A DNA stretch of 64,000 nt from Candidatus Bathyarchaeia archaeon (GTDB taxonomy: Archaea; Thermoproteota; Bathyarchaeia; 40CM-2-53-6), in contig JBEKSC010000006.1 of assembly GCA_049517415.1 (NCBI GenBank), positions 17,228 through 81,227 on the forward strand. Direction: 5' to 3'. Of the stretch, positions 9,680-20,419 are shown in pieces (the first letter of the stretch is position 1; each line of letters starts with the position of its first letter). Made by a program: the position numbers and the translations under genes. Under the pieces are notes generated by a model, which saw only the letters and a program-made list of their open reading frames with translations, ran no database searches and was not told the origin of the DNA.

Positions 9680-11070
9680 GCTCCGGTCCGGTATTTGGGA
9701 TGATACTGTTTGATTGTTGCTGGGTCGACGCGTTTAAGCTCATTTTCAGGCAGCGCGGCTAGAAGGTTCCATCCTATCTCTAGCGTTTTCTCAATGTCGC
9801 GGTTCTCGTACTCCCCTTGCCCTATAAAGCGTCGCTCGAAGTCGTCAGCAAATTTCAGGTACATTTTATCCCTAGCTGAGAGTGCTTCTTCTCCGACTAC
9901 GGCCACTAGGTCTCTGAAGGCTCTACCCTCGGCGTATGCGTAGTAGAGCTGGTCGGAAACTTCCCTGTGGTCCTGCCGTGTCCTTTCCTTCCCAATGCCT
10001 TCGCGCATAAGTCGGGAGAGGGATGGAGATACGTCGATTGGTGGGTAGATGCCTTTTCTGTGTAAACCTCTGTCCACGATCAATTGGCCTTCGGTGATAT
10101 ACCCAGTGAGGTTGGGGATGGGATGCGTGATGTCGTCGTGGGGCATTGTCAGAATGGGCATTTGGGTTATTGATCCCTTTGCACCACGGATTCTTCCGGC
10201 GCGTTCGTATATCGTGGATAGGTCAGTGTATAAGTAGCCGGGGTAGCCTCTCCGTCCGGGGACTTCTTCACGGGCCGCCGAGATTTCCCGTAAGGCTTCA
10301 GCGTAATTCGTCATGTCCGTGATGATGACGAGTACGTGCATGTCCAGTTTGAAGGCGAAGTACTCTGCCGCGGTTAGGGCCATTCGCGGAGTGAGAATTC
10401 TCTCTATCGCTGGATCGTCAGCCAGGTTTACGAACATTGTAACATGTTCGAAAGCGCCTTGCTTTTCGAAGTCTTCTCTGAAAAATCTTGCTTCATCCGC
10501 AGTAATTCCGATCGCAGCGAATACGGTCGAGAACGGTTCGCCTGTCCCCCGGACCCTTGCTTGCCGCGCGACCTGAGCAGCCACGCGATTATGGGGGAGC
10601 CCCGCGCCAGAGAACAATGGGAGTTTCTGTCCCCTAACGAGGGTATTCATTCCATCTATAGCCGAAACACCGGTCTGAATGAACTCGCGGGGGTAAGTCC
10701 TTGCGTAAGGGTTAATGGGCGAACCGTGGACGTCCCAGTAATCCTCCGGAATGATCCGAGGGCCGCCATCTATCGGGTTCCCGCTTCCATCAAGAATTCT
10801 GCCTAACAGATCGCTTGATACGGGAAGCTTAACGGTCTCGCCCAGGAATCGCACGCTTGTGGAAGAAACGTCAAGCCCAGATGTTCCTTCAAAGACTTGC
10901 ACAACGGCTAAGTCACTGCGAACTTCGAGAACTTGACCGCGTCTTTCTTCGCCTGTGGGGGTCCGAATTCTGACTAGTTCGCCGTAACCAACGCCTTTGA
11001 CGTTTTGAACGAAGAGAAGTGGGCCTGAAATTACATTAACCGTTGAATATTCGCGAACGATAACGGACAT
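9676..11070 (-). CDS. atpB: A/V-type ATP synthase subunit B
   Basis: [44 protein letters not shown]. Confidence 0.98.
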   Translation of the reverse strand: MSVIVREYSTVNVISGPLLFVQNVKGVGYGELVRIRTPTGEERRGQVLEVRSDLAVVQVFEGTSGLDVSSTSVRFLGETVKLPVSSDLLGRILDGSGNPIDGGPRIIPEDYWDVHGSPINPYARTYPREFIQTGVSAIDGMNTLVRGQKLPLFSGAGLPHNRVAAQVARQARVRGTGEPFSTVFAAIGITADEARFFREDFEKQGAFEHVTMFVNLADDPAIERILTPRMALTAAEYFAFKLDMHVLVIITDMTNYAEALREISAAREEVPGRRGYPGYLYTDLSTIYERAGRIRGAKGSITQMPILTMPHDDITHPIPNLTGYITEGQLIVDRGLHRKGIYPPIDVSPSLSRLMREGIGKERTRQDHREVSDQLYYAYAEGRAFRDLVAVVGEEALSARDKMYLKFADDFERRFIGQGEYENRDIEKTLEIGWNLLAALPENELKRVDPATIKQYHPKYRTGA

Positions 11071-11079
11071 TCTCTCAAC

Positions 11080-12870
11080 TCATTTTGCGACTTCAAGAAG
11101 TTCGCTGTTTAGTTTCTCGAATTCGTGGTCCATCTTGGTCGTAAGTTCTTTTGCAAAGGCGCCAAACGTCTGGGATGGTTGAATCTTGGCTCTTGCAATT
11201 TCCTCTTTAACCGGGATTTCAAGGGTTCTCTGAAGTGGAACGCCCTTTTCCGTGGATTCTTTCATCTTCTCATAGAACTTCAAGATGAGCGACATTAAGC
11301 CGAAGGTCTTTTCGGGAGAGCAGTAACTGTCGACTGGGTGCAGGGCGCTCTGAATGAGGAAGTCTTCCTTAATCATACGGGCCGCCTCCAGGACCACCCG
11401 TTGGCTCTCGGAGAGAGCGTCAGGCCCGACGAGCATCACAATTTCCCGAAGTTCCTCATCCCGCTGAAGCAGTGCCATGCCATCTTTTCGAAGATTGGAC
11501 CATTCCGGACTAATGTCGGTCCGGTACCAGTTTTCAAGTGAATCCAAGTAAAGGGAGTAGCTGGTCAACCAGTCAATCGCGGGAAAGTGTCTCCGCTCAG
11601 CTAATGGTTTGCTTAACGCCCAGAATACCTTCACGATCCTAAGCGTATTCTGAGTGACTGGTTCTGAAAAGTCACCCCCAGACGGGGATACCGCGCCCAC
11701 GATAGAAACTGAACCAAGCTTGTTCGAGTCGCCACCGATTACTTTGACCCTGCCCGCCCTCTCGTAGATTTGAGCTAATCTTGAAGCCAAGTAGGCAGGA
11801 TAGCCTTCCTCGCCAGGCATTTCCTCCAGCCGGCCGGAGACTTCTCGTAAAGCCTCAGCCCATCGTGAAGTAGAATCAGCCATCAATGCCACATCGTAGC
11901 CCATGTCTCTGAAGTACTCAGCCAGTGTCACGCCCGTGTACATACTCGCCTCGCGGGCGGCGATGGGCATATTTGATGTGTTCGCCACCAGGATTGTCCG
12001 TTCCATCAAAGGTTGGCCGGAACGCGGGTCCTTGAGCTCTGGAAATGTTTCCAGAACCTCGGTCATCTCATTTCCACGTTCACCGCAGCCGACGTAAACG
12101 ATCACATCCGCATCAGCCCACTTGGCAAGCTGGTGTTGGGTTATCGTTTTCCCGGTCCCGAAATCGCCAGGAATTGCGGCTGTACCACCTTTTGCGATTG
12201 GAAAGAAGAAGTCGATGATTCGTTGGCCAGTTATGAGGGGCGTGTCGGAGGGGACCTTTTCGCGGGTGGGGCGAGGAATGCGGACTGGCCAGGAATGCAT
12301 CAAGTACAACTTGATTACGCCGTGGCTTGTTTCAACTTCAGCTATCGGGTCTTGGACTGTGTACGATCCTTTCGAGACAATTGATTTGAGCGTCCCGTTC
12401 ACGTCTGGGGGAACCAGAATCCTATGCTTCACTAGAACAGTTTCGGGAACTTCACCGAGGGCATCTCCGCCGGTAGCTTTGTCTCCCTTTTTCATAGCCG
12501 GAGTAAATTCCCATTTCTTCTTTCGATCAAGCGCTGGTGCTGTTATGCCTCTTCGGATGAAAGGTCCTCCCTCTTCGAGGAGAAAGGGTAAGGGTCTTTG
12601 TGTCCCGTCGAAAAACTGATTCACCAATCCCGGCCCGAGTTCAACTGAGAGGGGTTTGCCTGTTCGCTCTACGATTTCGCCAGGTTTGATTCCCGTAGTC
12701 TCTTCATAGACTTGGATTGTGGCAGTGTCTGCTTCGACCCGGATAATCTCACCAATAAGTCCTGAGCTGCCCACCTTGACAAGTTCGTACATGCGGGACC
12801 CAAGCATGCCTGATGCTACGACGACTGGTCCGGCTACCCGTTCAATTTTCCCGGGTTTGAAGCCTGACAA
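11080..12870 (-). CDS. atpA: A/V-type ATP synthase subunit A
   Basis: P-loop GDFGTGKT, GCGERGNE, DSTSRWAEALRE, EEGYPAYL. No intein. Confidence 0.98.
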   Translation of the reverse strand: MSGFKPGKIERVAGPVVVASGMLGSRMYELVKVGSSGLIGEIIRVEADTATIQVYEETTGIKPGEIVERTGKPLSVELGPGLVNQFFDGTQRPLPFLLEEGGPFIRRGITAPALDRKKKWEFTPAMKKGDKATGGDALGEVPETVLVKHRILVPPDVNGTLKSIVSKGSYTVQDPIAEVETSHGVIKLYLMHSWPVRIPRPTREKVPSDTPLITGQRIIDFFFPIAKGGTAAIPGDFGTGKTITQHQLAKWADADVIVYVGCGERGNEMTEVLETFPELKDPRSGQPLMERTILVANTSNMPIAAREASMYTGVTLAEYFRDMGYDVALMADSTSRWAEALREVSGRLEEMPGEEGYPAYLASRLAQIYERAGRVKVIGGDSNKLGSVSIVGAVSPSGGDFSEPVTQNTLRIVKVFWALSKPLAERRHFPAIDWLTSYSLYLDSLENWYRTDISPEWSNLRKDGMALLQRDEELREIVMLVGPDALSESQRVVLEAARMIKEDFLIQSALHPVDSYCSPEKTFGLMSLILKFYEKMKESTEKGVPLQRTLEIPVKEEIARAKIQPSQTFGAFAKELTTKMDHEFEKLNSELLEVAK

Positions 12871-12945
12871 TTTAGTTTCCTCTAATTTAGAGCCGCTGTC
12901 ATATTGAAGGTTCTTACTTATTGCTTTCGTTACGAGTACGCCGGA

Positions 12946-13965
12946 CTAATCCGGTGAGCTGATTAGGTGTTCTCCCTCTTCCATTATTTGCTTGTCGTCA
13001 ATCCAGATACTGCACTTCAGCATTATGCCATCAACATGTGTCTTCGCGCTCCAATCTGCACCCGTCTCTTCGGCGTAGGGGTCGCCGAATGCACAATGAA
13101 CTGAAGGGAATTTTTCATCTTGTAGCAAATTCCCCGTCAGCCGTTCCAGAAATGTGTTTGTGCCGATTGCAAATTCTCCTAGCCGTGTCCCGTTGGGATC
13201 CTCGCTGAGATATCCCTGAAATTCGCGACGCAATTGCTCGTTTGCGCATGTGATAGAGGCGAGCTCAACACGAGAATCTTTTACGTGCAGTGTTACAGGG
13301 GTTTTTGAGAGAATACCATACTTCGGGCTGAACCAGTCCCCGAGCTCATCGATCACCATCTTGCCATTTGCTTTGTAGGCTGCGGTGAATATCTCACCGT
13401 CCGGAAGATTCCCCCACATGCCCTTTTCAGCGTTGAGCCCGTCGGACACTTTCCATCTCCATGATGGATGAAACTCGACGTTAAGTTCAGTTCCTGCCTT
13501 GTTAACTACCCTTGCCTTCTTACAACCCTTCACAACTTGATCTATTTTATTTGTGAGCTCAGAGATCTTTCTGTAGTCAGCACACATTCCAGTTTCCATG
13601 AGTTCTCTTGTAATACCGGGCATGTGTGCGTGCCTAGCGTATTTTATCGCTGTCCGGATGAACGGCCCTCTAACCGATAGCTCTCCCTTCTGACTAGCCG
13701 CCGCGTAGAACGTAACATTTGCCCATGGAACTAGGTCAAGTATGGGTTTCGGTAATTCCTTCGCAGGGCGCTCCGTATAATCTTCGAGGATTAGCAGTTT
13801 TACGTTCCCTTTGGATCTCTTGTCGGCAGCCTTGGAAATGGCATCGCCAACCTCGAACGTAGCACGGTCAGTCAAAATCAATACGTGCTCCCCATACTTT
13901 ACTGCCATACAAACGTCTACAGCGTTTCTCGCACCTTCTGCTAAAGTTCCCATAGCTTGGATCAC
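12946..13965 (-). CDS. M29-like (aminopeptidase T) metallopeptidase
   Basis: NLPDGEIF, LGEFAIGTN, LQDEKFPSVHCAFG, THVDG. Confidence 0.88.
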   Translation of the reverse strand: MIQAMGTLAEGARNAVDVCMAVKYGEHVLILTDRATFEVGDAISKAADKRSKGNVKLLILEDYTERPAKELPKPILDLVPWANVTFYAAASQKGELSVRGPFIRTAIKYARHAHMPGITRELMETGMCADYRKISELTNKIDQVVKGCKKARVVNKAGTELNVEFHPSWRWKVSDGLNAEKGMWGNLPDGEIFTAAYKANGKMVIDELGDWFSPKYGILSKTPVTLHVKDSRVELASITCANEQLRREFQGYLSEDPNGTRLGEFAIGTNTFLERLTGNLLQDEKFPSVHCAFGDPYAEETGADWSAKTHVDGIMLKCSIWIDDKQIMEEGEHLISSPD

Positions 13966-14699
13966 TTCGAAGTCTCTGACCTACTAATTCTCCTTCGAGT
14001 TATGACAATGATGAAGAACCCTTCTGCGATCAGTACGATGCCGAATATTGCCAGATTTAGTGGAAGCAAATATGTTACTTCAAGTCTGGGGTAGTAGTTT
14101 TCACTCGGAACTTGGTCATGCGTGAAGAATTGGGTAGTATAGAGGCCGGTTGCATATTCTTGGGTGTCTTTCACCACGAGCCCATCGTTATTCACGCCTG
14201 ATTGCCAGTCTCTCATTATGTCGGTTACGTCCCAACTCATATACACCAGAGGCCCGTACCACCCACCTTGGCCTGGCGGAACTGGAGATATGGCGTGGTG
14301 CTCATCCGTGAAGTTGGGTTGGTTAACCCAGTTGACCCCCGTTTCATTCCAAGGCTGTTCGAGGCGGTAAACTCCGTAAATTCTGCTCGTTGAATCTTCA
14401 GTGCCCAATGCTGGGTCGCCTTTGGACCACAACCGTAGGCGAAACTCGGCTGAAACAACCCAAGCCTCTGACGGAATCGAGCTCACATTGAATTCTATCC
14501 AACCTCTCATGTTGTATGGCGGCTTGTTGTAAGAGGTGATCTCAAAATTATCAGAGTGGCCGTTATTGGCCAGTGGAACTGATTGCCAACTGTAACTATC
14601 CTTATCCGGATAGATTGTTGTGACCTTGACTGATGTCATCCAAAACGTACCGGCCGTGGAGACGACAAGAATGAGGATTAGTAGGAGGCTGCGTTTCAT
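13962..14699 (-). CDS. DNRLRE-like domain membrane-anchored protein
   Basis: RGWIEFNVSSIP...SAEFRL, WNETGVNWVNQP, WDVT, PRLEVTY, with N- and C-terminal hydrophobic helices. Confidence 0.75.
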   Translation of the reverse strand: MKRSLLLILILVVSTAGTFWMTSVKVTTIYPDKDSYSWQSVPLANNGHSDNFEITSYNKPPYNMRGWIEFNVSSIPSEAWVVSAEFRLRLWSKGDPALGTEDSTSRIYGVYRLEQPWNETGVNWVNQPNFTDEHHAISPVPPGQGGWYGPLVYMSWDVTDIMRDWQSGVNNDGLVVKDTQEYATGLYTTQFFTHDQVPSENYYPRLEVTYLLPLNLAIFGIVLIAEGFFIIVITRRRISRSETSK

Positions 14700-14769
14700 T
14701 GAAGGAAACCTATTGGGTAGAGGAAGAACAAATGGTCAAAGCCATAAAACCTACGTTAATGTGATAATT

Positions 14770-15112
14770 ATGGGCACAATAAGCGAGACGCAATTGAAAG
14801 CCAGCCGGGAAGCCTCCGGAACCGTCAAAGAGAAGCTTATCGCATTCGAGAAAATTCCTGAAATCAAGAATTGACTTGACGGCAGCGACCTCAAACCGTC
14901 CACGCGCGATTATTATGCAAAGAGACTCTTAGAGTTCATCGAGAGGGCTCCCAAGAATCCTAGGCCAGTTGCCATAGAGATCAACGGAAAAGTAGCTGAG
15001 ACAACTACCAACCATGGACCTCCTCTCTTTTCACATGAGGGCCGCCGTGAAATCCTTTCTCGACTATTACGAGGCAGGAGTTCCCGTGTTTGAAAAGTTG
15101 CCATCGTATTGA
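14770..15112 (+). pseudogene. remnant of a tyrosine recombinase N-terminal (core-binding) domain
   Basis: Reading through TGA 14872-14874 and one frameshift gives IPEIKN*LDGSDLKPSTRDYYAKRLLEFI...FHMRAAVKSFLDYY. No catalytic domain follows. Confidence 0.5.
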
Positions 15113-15219
15113 TGGGAGCAGTGAAATTTGGATACGTGATTCTCACTTGTGTGGATGCCACGAAGGCCTATGTAAGCCCGATTGCGGAGTTCGAAGCGAG
15201 TCGCGGACGGTATGGGTTC

Positions 15220-16091
15220 ATGGAGTTCTGGTTCGTTCTTGCTATACTCTCCGTGTTTCTATGGGGGTTTCGCCAACATTTTTGTCAAGCTGGGCACCCC
15301 GAAGCTTGGAGTAACTCGGATGGCCGGCCTCGTAGCAGTCATTGAGGGCATGATCTACTTTGCAGGCTTCTTCTTTTGGCACTACAACGCAGCTATTGAC
15401 TTGGAGTACGGTGTGCTTGCAGCGGCTTCAGCATTCGTCGGAACAATTGCTTACCTCTGCTTCTTCGAATCAGTGGTGGAGGGTCAAGTCGCAATCGTGG
15501 GAACCATATGAGCCGCCTATCCTAGCCTGACCGTTATCGGCGCACTGGCATTCCTATCGGAGTCTCTGACGGCTACGCAGTTGGTCGGGGTCGCCGCTAT
15601 AATCTGCGGCATCGTAGCCTTAACGTACGAGCGGAGCCCACATTCACGGTATTCCATCCCAAGAAGATCCTTGCTCTTCGCGCTGTTGGCGTTCGCGCTT
15701 TGGGGTTTCTGGAGTCTGACCGCTAAAATTGCGGTCAGCAAAATCGGTCCAGGAAATGTCTTCGGCTTCTACGTAATCTCATCAGTGACCGGGCCTTTGG
15801 TTTACATGTGGTTTCGAAGAATTAGACCCGGGCCTTTGAATGTTGAGAAACCATCATGGATCTCTTGGTTTTTCGGAGCGGCTGGGCTTGCTTAATGTCT
15901 CTGGCACGCTGGTTTTCTCATTTGCGCTGAGTTTGGGGTTAGCGTCACTTGTGGTCCCCATATCAAGTGCCTACCCGCTTGTCACCGTGACGGTAGCCAT
16001 GCTATTGCTCGGTGAGAAATTGAATCGGCTTCAACTGACTGCTCTCGCCTGTGTGATAACGGGCCTACTCATGATCGCGTTTATTGGATGA
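15220..16091 (+). pseudogene. EamA/DMT family transporter pseudogene
   Basis: Fragments MEFWFVLAILSVFLWG / ANIFVKLG...VGTI*AAYPSLT / ...PISSAYPLVT...LLGEKL are joined by a frameshift near 15265, TGA at 15509-15511 and a frameshift near 15890. Confidence 0.85.
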
Positions 16092-16186
16092 TCGTAATGG
16101 TGGGCTCGATTACTAACTTATCTCACCTTTGAGAGGTGTAGCGACACTATATGGATAGGGCTGTGCATGGAAGTATTGGTTGACTA

Positions 16187-16645
16187 TTGATGATCGTTGA
16201 GGATGAAGTGAGTCGCGTCTTTGATTCTGGTTTGAACTGTGCGGAATCTCTGCTGCTCGTCGTAAGCAAGTATACAGGATTGGAGAAAGACAGTGCTCGA
16301 TTTATCCCAAGAGTCGCTACGGGTTTTGGTGGAGGCATCGCAAGAAACGGTGACATGTGTGGAGCTCTTTCTGGTGCGGTGATGGCGATCAGTCTGGCGC
16401 TGGGCCGAGACCGCCCAGATCAAAGCGGCGATCAATGCTATACAGCCATCGATCAATTCTACAATGATTTCGTGAAGGCCTTTGGGTCATCTAAGTGCCG
16501 TGAGCTTACTCATGTCGATTTCAAGACGCCCGAGGGAAATGCGATTTACCGTGAAAGGGTTCATCGTGAGCGTTGTACGCCTATCGTGGAATGGGCAGCC
16601 AAGACGGCAAGTAGAATTATCAAGGAAAAACAAACGACAAATTAG
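16187..16645 (+). CDS. C_GCAxxG_C_C family putative redox protein
   Basis: NCAES, GFGGG, CGALSGA, FGSSKCREL, terminal C. Confidence 0.9.
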   Translation: MMIVEDEVSRVFDSGLNCAESLLLVVSKYTGLEKDSARFIPRVATGFGGGIARNGDMCGALSGAVMAISLALGRDRPDQSGDQCYTAIDQFYNDFVKAFGSSKCRELTHVDFKTPEGNAIYRERVHRERCTPIVEWAAKTASRIIKEKQTTN

Positions 16646-16875
16646 ACCGGTAAGTTGCATCAAGATTACTCTGAAAAACTTTCACGAAGAGGTTGAGCGG
16701 TTTTCAACCGAGAAGAAGCAATCTTCGGACTCTTAGGCGCGGTGGTTCATACCTTGAATTTAGGCGAAGCGACCTACTTTATCAACAGAGCGCAAGCAGT
16801 GTGGCTTATCCTTTCCACGACCATCTGCTTCATTTTCTAATAGTGCGAAATACCCGCGTTCGAACCCATGAACAT

Positions 16876-17703
16876 CTACTTCGCCTGCGGATATGATCCT
16901 AAGACTTTGAGAAACGTGGTTGACTTCGCCAGTGCCTCAAGAGCTTCGCCACACTTGCCCTCTGAACGATGCCCTTCAAAATCCACGAAGAAGTGATATT
17001 CCCACGGAACGGTTCTGACGGGCCGTGACTCAATTCGCGTGAGGTTAATTTCTCTCGAAGCTAGTTCACCAAGGACTCTTTGAAGTGACCCTGGTGTATG
17101 TGGGGTTCCGAATACAACCGATGTCTTATCTTTGCCTGTCGCTGGCGCGTCTTTCGGACCTATTACAAAGAAACGCGTGAAATTCTCTGGAAGGTCTTCT
17201 ATGTTACGCTGAAGAACCTTTAAGCCATAAATCCCAGCCGTACGTTCGCTCGCGATCGCCCCTGCTTCGCGGAGGTGCCTCTCCTTTATCATTTTAGCAC
17301 TCCCAGCTGTATCGTAGGCTGGTTCAGTCGCAATTTTTGATCGCTCAAGGAATTCTGCGCATTGAGCTAGCGCTTGCGGGTGAGAGTAGACAACTTTCAG
17401 ATCCTCCAGCTTTGTATCAGGCAGCGCAAGCAAGCAATGATTAATCCGTATCTTCACTTCGCCAGATATCTTCAGAGCCGTTTGAAGCAGCAGGTCATAA
17501 GTATCATTAACGCTTCCCTCTAACGAGTTCTCGGCAGGTACGATTCCATACTGAGCACGTCCATCTTCAACTGCCTCGAATACTTGGCGCAGTGTGAGAC
17601 ATGGTAGTTTTGCTGTCTTGGTTCCAAAATGGGTCGCGGCAGCTTCCTCACTGTAAGCGCCATGTTCGCCTTGGAAGGCAATAACGTGAATCGTTTCCTT
17701 CAC
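16876..17703 (-). CDS. pheA: prephenate dehydratase
   Basis: AFQGEHGAYSE, ENSLEGSV, SHPQALAQC, NFTRF, ACT domain NLTRIESRP. Confidence 0.96.
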   Translation of the reverse strand: MKETIHVIAFQGEHGAYSEEAAATHFGTKTAKLPCLTLRQVFEAVEDGRAQYGIVPAENSLEGSVNDTYDLLLQTALKISGEVKIRINHCLLALPDTKLEDLKVVYSHPQALAQCAEFLERSKIATEPAYDTAGSAKMIKERHLREAGAIASERTAGIYGLKVLQRNIEDLPENFTRFFVIGPKDAPATGKDKTSVVFGTPHTPGSLQRVLGELASREINLTRIESRPVRTVPWEYHFFVDFEGHRSEGKCGEALEALAKSTTFLKVLGSYPQAK

Positions 17704-18283
17704 AATTGTACCCTCGACTAATTCACAGTAAATTGACCGCTCAACCAGTTAGAAAATCTCACTTTACTCAGGCGCAAGGATTTCTGGACTCTTGCTCAGA
17801 GCATTTGAGCATATATCCGATATATCAAGACACCTTAGTTCTTCTAAACCTCTAAACCAGACCAAGTGAGCCTAACCGCAAGAAACCCTAGCCACGGCTG
17901 AGATGCGCATCACATCCGCTTTCTCATCCTCTGTTATGGAAATCGCGACTGCTGGATTCGCGTATCACGTGTTGGTGAGAGATACATTCTTGAGTCAACA
18001 AGAAAGCCTGTGCGCCAGAGTTCCTCAGTTTCTCCAACTATCCGACAATTCCTAGCTAAAATGAAATTGGCAATGAGTGAAATGAGGTATTCCTCAAGGC
18101 GCTCGTCATCGGGATTCGTCAAGATCAACGCGCCCTGAAACTAATCTCGTCTCGATACTCGTGCTGGGACATATGGATTCGAAGTTGATTGCAATAGTCC
18201 CACTAGCACACGTATCACAAATCGTAGAACTAAAATCGTTGCACGCATATCTCTACTGGAATAGGGTCACGGAGATATAGGGT

Positions 18284-18544
18284 GTGAGCAAAGTTTTACG
18301 AAACAGTGCTAGTGTTGTCAGGGCCTGTGTTTTGATTCGCGTCCGGCCAGGGCAGCACTATCAAGTGGCCAAGGAAATAGCTTCCTTCGAAGGCGTGAAC
18401 AGCGCCTTTGCTGTTATGGGCGCGGCAGATGTCGTGGCAAGGATCCATGTGGAGGACATGAAGGCGCTTGCGGCTCTTGGAACTAGGATGGGGGACTTGG
18501 CGGATGTCGTAACAACTGAAACATTGGTTGCCGCGGAGGTCTGA
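18284..18544 (+). CDS. stand-alone Lrp/AsnC ligand-binding domain protein
   Basis: RACVLIRV...AVMGAADVVARI...VVTTETLV. Confidence 0.85.
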   Translation: MSKVLRNSASVVRACVLIRVRPGQHYQVAKEIASFEGVNSAFAVMGAADVVARIHVEDMKALAALGTRMGDLADVVTTETLVAAEV

Positions 18545-18547
18545 TCT

Positions 18548-18826
18548 ATGGTCCATGCTGTGATGTTTATCAAGAGCGGGGGCAAAGTTCCAGACGCGGC
18601 TAGGCTCGCTGCGGAACTTAAGCGCATACCTTATGTCACGGAAGCATATGCGGTCTTCGGTAGATTCGATGTCGTCGCATTCTTCGAAGGCAAGGACGTC
18701 AGGGAACTCTTCACGTCAGTTTCTGAGGCCACCAAGCTTGAGGGGATAATGAGTTCGGAATCTGTCGTTGAGACCCAGGCGAATCAGGAAACGCCCGACT
18801 ATGGGAAGGGATCCTTCTTTGGCTGA
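18548..18826 (+). CDS. stand-alone Lrp/AsnC ligand-binding domain protein
   Basis: VTEAYAVFGRFDVVAF...LEGIMSSES. Confidence 0.85.
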   Translation: MVHAVMFIKSGGKVPDAARLAAELKRIPYVTEAYAVFGRFDVVAFFEGKDVRELFTSVSEATKLEGIMSSESVVETQANQETPDYGKGSFFG

Positions 18827-18854
18827 TCTGCTTATTGATTTTGAAGCTGCGTCT

Positions 18855-20234
18855 CTATTTCTGTGAAACTAAATCAAAGAAGCGGATGTAGGATTCGATT
18901 CCACGATAATAGGTGGGCAGGTGCTGTTTCTCGTTAGGGGCGTGGATATTGTCGTCAGGTAGGCCGAATCCCAATAGAACTGAGTCAACGCCAAGTTTGG
19001 TTTTGACCATGTTCACCACGGGAACGCTACCTCCTTGGAGTTGAAAGAGCGGCCTAACTCCAAAAGTCGCTTGTAGGGCTGACGCAGCTGCTCGCATAGC
19101 TGGCGTGTTTCGATCAACAAGAACAGCCGGGGAGCTCGTGAGATTCTTGACCTCCCAGGTCACGGTTTGAGGCGCATTCTTGCGCAAATACTCTTTCAAC
19201 TGATTCTCCACAGCCCTATTGTCCTGTTCGGGAACAAGCCGCGTTGAAATCTTTGCCATGGCCTTTGCGGGCAAGACGGTCTTCGATCCCTCGCCAGTGA
19301 ACCCGGAGAGGAGCCCGTTTACTTCGAGAGTAGGTCGGCCCCCAATCCGCTCAACAGTCGTGAATCCTTTCTCTCCGTACAGCAGCTTTGTCCCGGTCAT
19401 CTCTTGCCAAGCTTGGTCGGAGATTGGTATGCGCGCCAATTCAGCGCGTTCTTCTGTTGAGAGAACACGGACCTTATCATAGAATCCAGGCAAAGTGATA
19501 TGCCCATTTGCGTCGTGCATTCCTGCAATTAATTCACAGAGCACTTGCGCCGGGTTATGGACTGCTCCCCCAAAAACTCCTGAGTGCAGGTCACTCTTCG
19601 CCCCATAAACCCAGACCTCGAAGTATCCCAAGCCACGAAGCCCGTATACAAGGGAAGGCAAGTCAGCTCTTAGGATCTGTGAATCGCAGTTTAGGACAAC
19701 ATCACATTTCAGTTTGCTCTTGTACTTTTCCACAAATGGTTCGAGGTTTCGCGAACCAATCTCCTCTTCACCCTCGAAGAACATCTTCACATTGACCGGC
19801 AAGCCCCCTGATTTTAGCCATGCCTCCAAGGCCTTCAGAACTGCATGACCCTGTCCCTTCATATCAGAAGCCCCACGAGCGTAAATATTGTCTCCCCGCA
19901 CCGAAGGTTCAAACGGAGGTGAAGCCCACTCGTTCAAAGGATCAACTGGCTGAACATCATAATGGCCGTACACTAAAACGGTGGGTTTGCCTGGAGCGTC
20001 AAGCCACTCACCGTAGACAACTGGATGTCCAGCGGTGGCAAGAATCTCAACTTTCTTGAAACCTATGCCGTTCAACTGATTTGCAAACCATTCAGCGCAA
20101 CGTTGAACGTCTTGCTTATGTTCGGAAAGTGTAGAGATACTCGGAATTGAGAGGTACTCTCTGAATTCCGCTAGATAACGATCGTGATCACGTTTTGAGG
20201 ATTCGATAACTTGCTGGACAGAGGTCATGGACAC
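18855..20234 (-). CDS. M20 family dipeptidase
   Basis: YGHYDVQP, ARGASDMKG, EGEEEIGS, DLHSG, HAPNE. Confidence 0.95.
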   Translation of the reverse strand: MSMTSVQQVIESSKRDHDRYLAEFREYLSIPSISTLSEHKQDVQRCAEWFANQLNGIGFKKVEILATAGHPVVYGEWLDAPGKPTVLVYGHYDVQPVDPLNEWASPPFEPSVRGDNIYARGASDMKGQGHAVLKALEAWLKSGGLPVNVKMFFEGEEEIGSRNLEPFVEKYKSKLKCDVVLNCDSQILRADLPSLVYGLRGLGYFEVWVYGAKSDLHSGVFGGAVHNPAQVLCELIAGMHDANGHITLPGFYDKVRVLSTEERAELARIPISDQAWQEMTGTKLLYGEKGFTTVERIGGRPTLEVNGLLSGFTGEGSKTVLPAKAMAKISTRLVPEQDNRAVENQLKEYLRKNAPQTVTWEVKNLTSSPAVLVDRNTPAMRAAASALQATFGVRPLFQLQGGSVPVVNMVKTKLGVDSVLLGFGLPDDNIHAPNEKQHLPTYYRGIESYIRFFDLVSQK

Positions 20235-20419
20235 TCACAGGTTAGATAGATTAAGTGATATTTCATCTTTGCATTCTAGGTTGAGGCCAAAGTAGCGGGC
20301 TGTCGCAAAGCAAAAATCCTTGAATCCTCCTCTCCGGGTTCTCAGACAATAATGACGTCTACCCGACGAGGCGGAACCTGTTAGGGTAACTTGAGGAGGC
20401 GAAAACAATCTTACCATTC

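Noticed and set aside
14872-15511. Selenocysteine readthrough at the two in-frame TGA codons
   Set aside because: Both lie in genes that also have frameshifts, at positions where Trp or Ser is expected
17704-18283. Possible decayed gene (64-aa ORF 17934-18128 and fragments)
   Set aside because: No recognisable motif, so no call can be supported
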